Source: Alphaproteobacteria bacterium (GTDB lineage: Bacteria; Pseudomonadota; Alphaproteobacteria; JAAXGF01). From it: DNA of 64,000 nucleotides. This document shows, in pieces, positions 63,104 to 64,000 of the stretch. Below the pieces are notes generated by a model, which did not search any database, had not been told where the DNA came from, and was given only the letters and a program-made list of their open reading frames with translations. The position numbers and the translations under genes were made by a program. Where the stretch lies: contig CAUVXB020000001.1 in assembly GCA_963555825.3 (NCBI GenBank), positions 2,304,001 to 2,368,000 on the forward strand, in the 5' to 3' direction. How positions within the stretch are numbered: position 1 is the stretch's first letter; every line of letters starts with the position of its first letter.

Positions 63104-64000
63104 CTAATAAATGCCCTGCGCGCTAGCTTCGCTGGTCGGCGTGCTGGTCTCGGGCTCGGTGCCCGGCTTGAAGGCCTCGAGCAGGACACGCTCGGTGTGG
63201 GCGCCGGGCAACAGGCCGGTGGCGGCATCGACGCGCACCAGGCGGATGCCGGGCGGGATGCGGAACGGGATGATCGGCTCGCCGATCAGCGCCTCGGCCA
63301 TGAAACGCTTGAACGCCGGCACCGCGACGCGCGAGCCGGTCTCCTTGTAGCCCATCGGCGTCGGCTGGTCGAAACCGATGAAGACGCCGGCGACCAAATC
63401 GGGCGAATAGCCGATGAACCAGGTGTCGCGGTTTTTGTTGGTCGTGCCGGTCTTGCCGGCGAGCGGGCGGCCGAGCTCGCGAATGCGCCGGCCGGTGCCG
63501 CGCTCGATCACGCCGCTCATCATCGAGACCACCTGATAGGCGGTGTCGGCGCCCAGCACGCGCTCACGCTCGTCGCGCACGCGCGGCACGGGCTGGCCGT
63601 CCCAGCGCTCGGCCCGGCAGGTGTCGCAGGCGCGCGCGTCGCGCCGGTAGATGGTGACGCCATTGCGGTCTTGGATGCGCTCGATCAGCGCCGGGGTGAC
63701 CCGCATGCCGCCGTTGACGATCATCGAATACGCCGTCGCCATCCTGATCAACGTCGTCTCACCCGCGCCCAGCGCCATCGGCAGATAGAGTGGCAGCTGG
63801 TCGACGACGCCGAGACGCTCGGCGTATTCCGCCACCGTTTCCATGGTGATCGCGCGCGCCACGCGCACGGTCATCAGGTTGCGCGATTTTTCGATGGCGA
63901 CGCGCATCGGCACGGGACCGTAGAAGGTCGTCGAATAGTTGGCCGGCTTCCATTTCGGCAGGCCCGGTCCCTGCTCGATGACGATCGGCGCGTCGTCGAC
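63104..64000 (-). CDS. mrcA: Penicillin-binding protein 1A, C-terminal part (runs off window)
   Basis: WKPANY, KSRN, ALGAGET, GKTGTTN, DTWFIGY. Confidence 0.92.
   Translation of the reverse strand, partial: VDDAPIVIEQGPGLPKWKPANYSTTFYGPVPMRVAIEKSRNLMTVRVARAITMETVAEYAERLGVVDQLPLYLPMALGAGETTLIRMATAYSMIVNGGMRVTPALIERIQDRNGVTIYRRDARACDTCRAERWDGQPVPRVRDERERVLGADTAYQVVSMMSGVIERGTGRRIRELGRPLAGKTGTTNKNRDTWFIGYSPDLVAGVFIGFDQPTPMGYKETGSRVAVPAFKRFMAEALIGEPIIPFRIPPGIRLVRVDAATGLLPGAHTERVLLEAFKPGTEPETSTPTSEASAQGIY

Overview
GC-rich alphaproteobacterial (Rhodospirillales-like) chromosomal segment. 1-17.4 kb is a decaying Tad/Flp pilus locus (cpaB, cpaC, truncated cpaD-like gene, truncated prepilin peptidase, TadD-like TPR-SPOR protein, two tadE genes, tadG) broken by an IS21 and by copies of a two-ORF IS3-like element that makes 14-bp target duplications. 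17.8-33 kb holds an NfuA-like protein, an ATP-grasp ligase, a GtrB-like glycosyltransferase, a hybrid kinase/receiver/adenylate cyclase/NrtS module and small unknown genes. Core genes follow (cysE-iscR-iscS-iscS-iscA-fdx, anmK, tyrS, yhdP-like, glnE). A ~3.8-kb integrase-less island bounded by a 53-bp duplication of the 5' end of a phyH-family gene carries an IS256 and an AbiE type IV toxin-antitoxin pair with two back-to-back perfect palindromic promoter/operators. The end of the window has metabolic and metal-efflux genes, prfB (programmed frameshift) and partial mrcA. Three families of structured intergenic repeats are present. Several frameshifts sit in homopolymers and are probably long-read errors. 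All calls come from motif recognition by eye; no database search was run.
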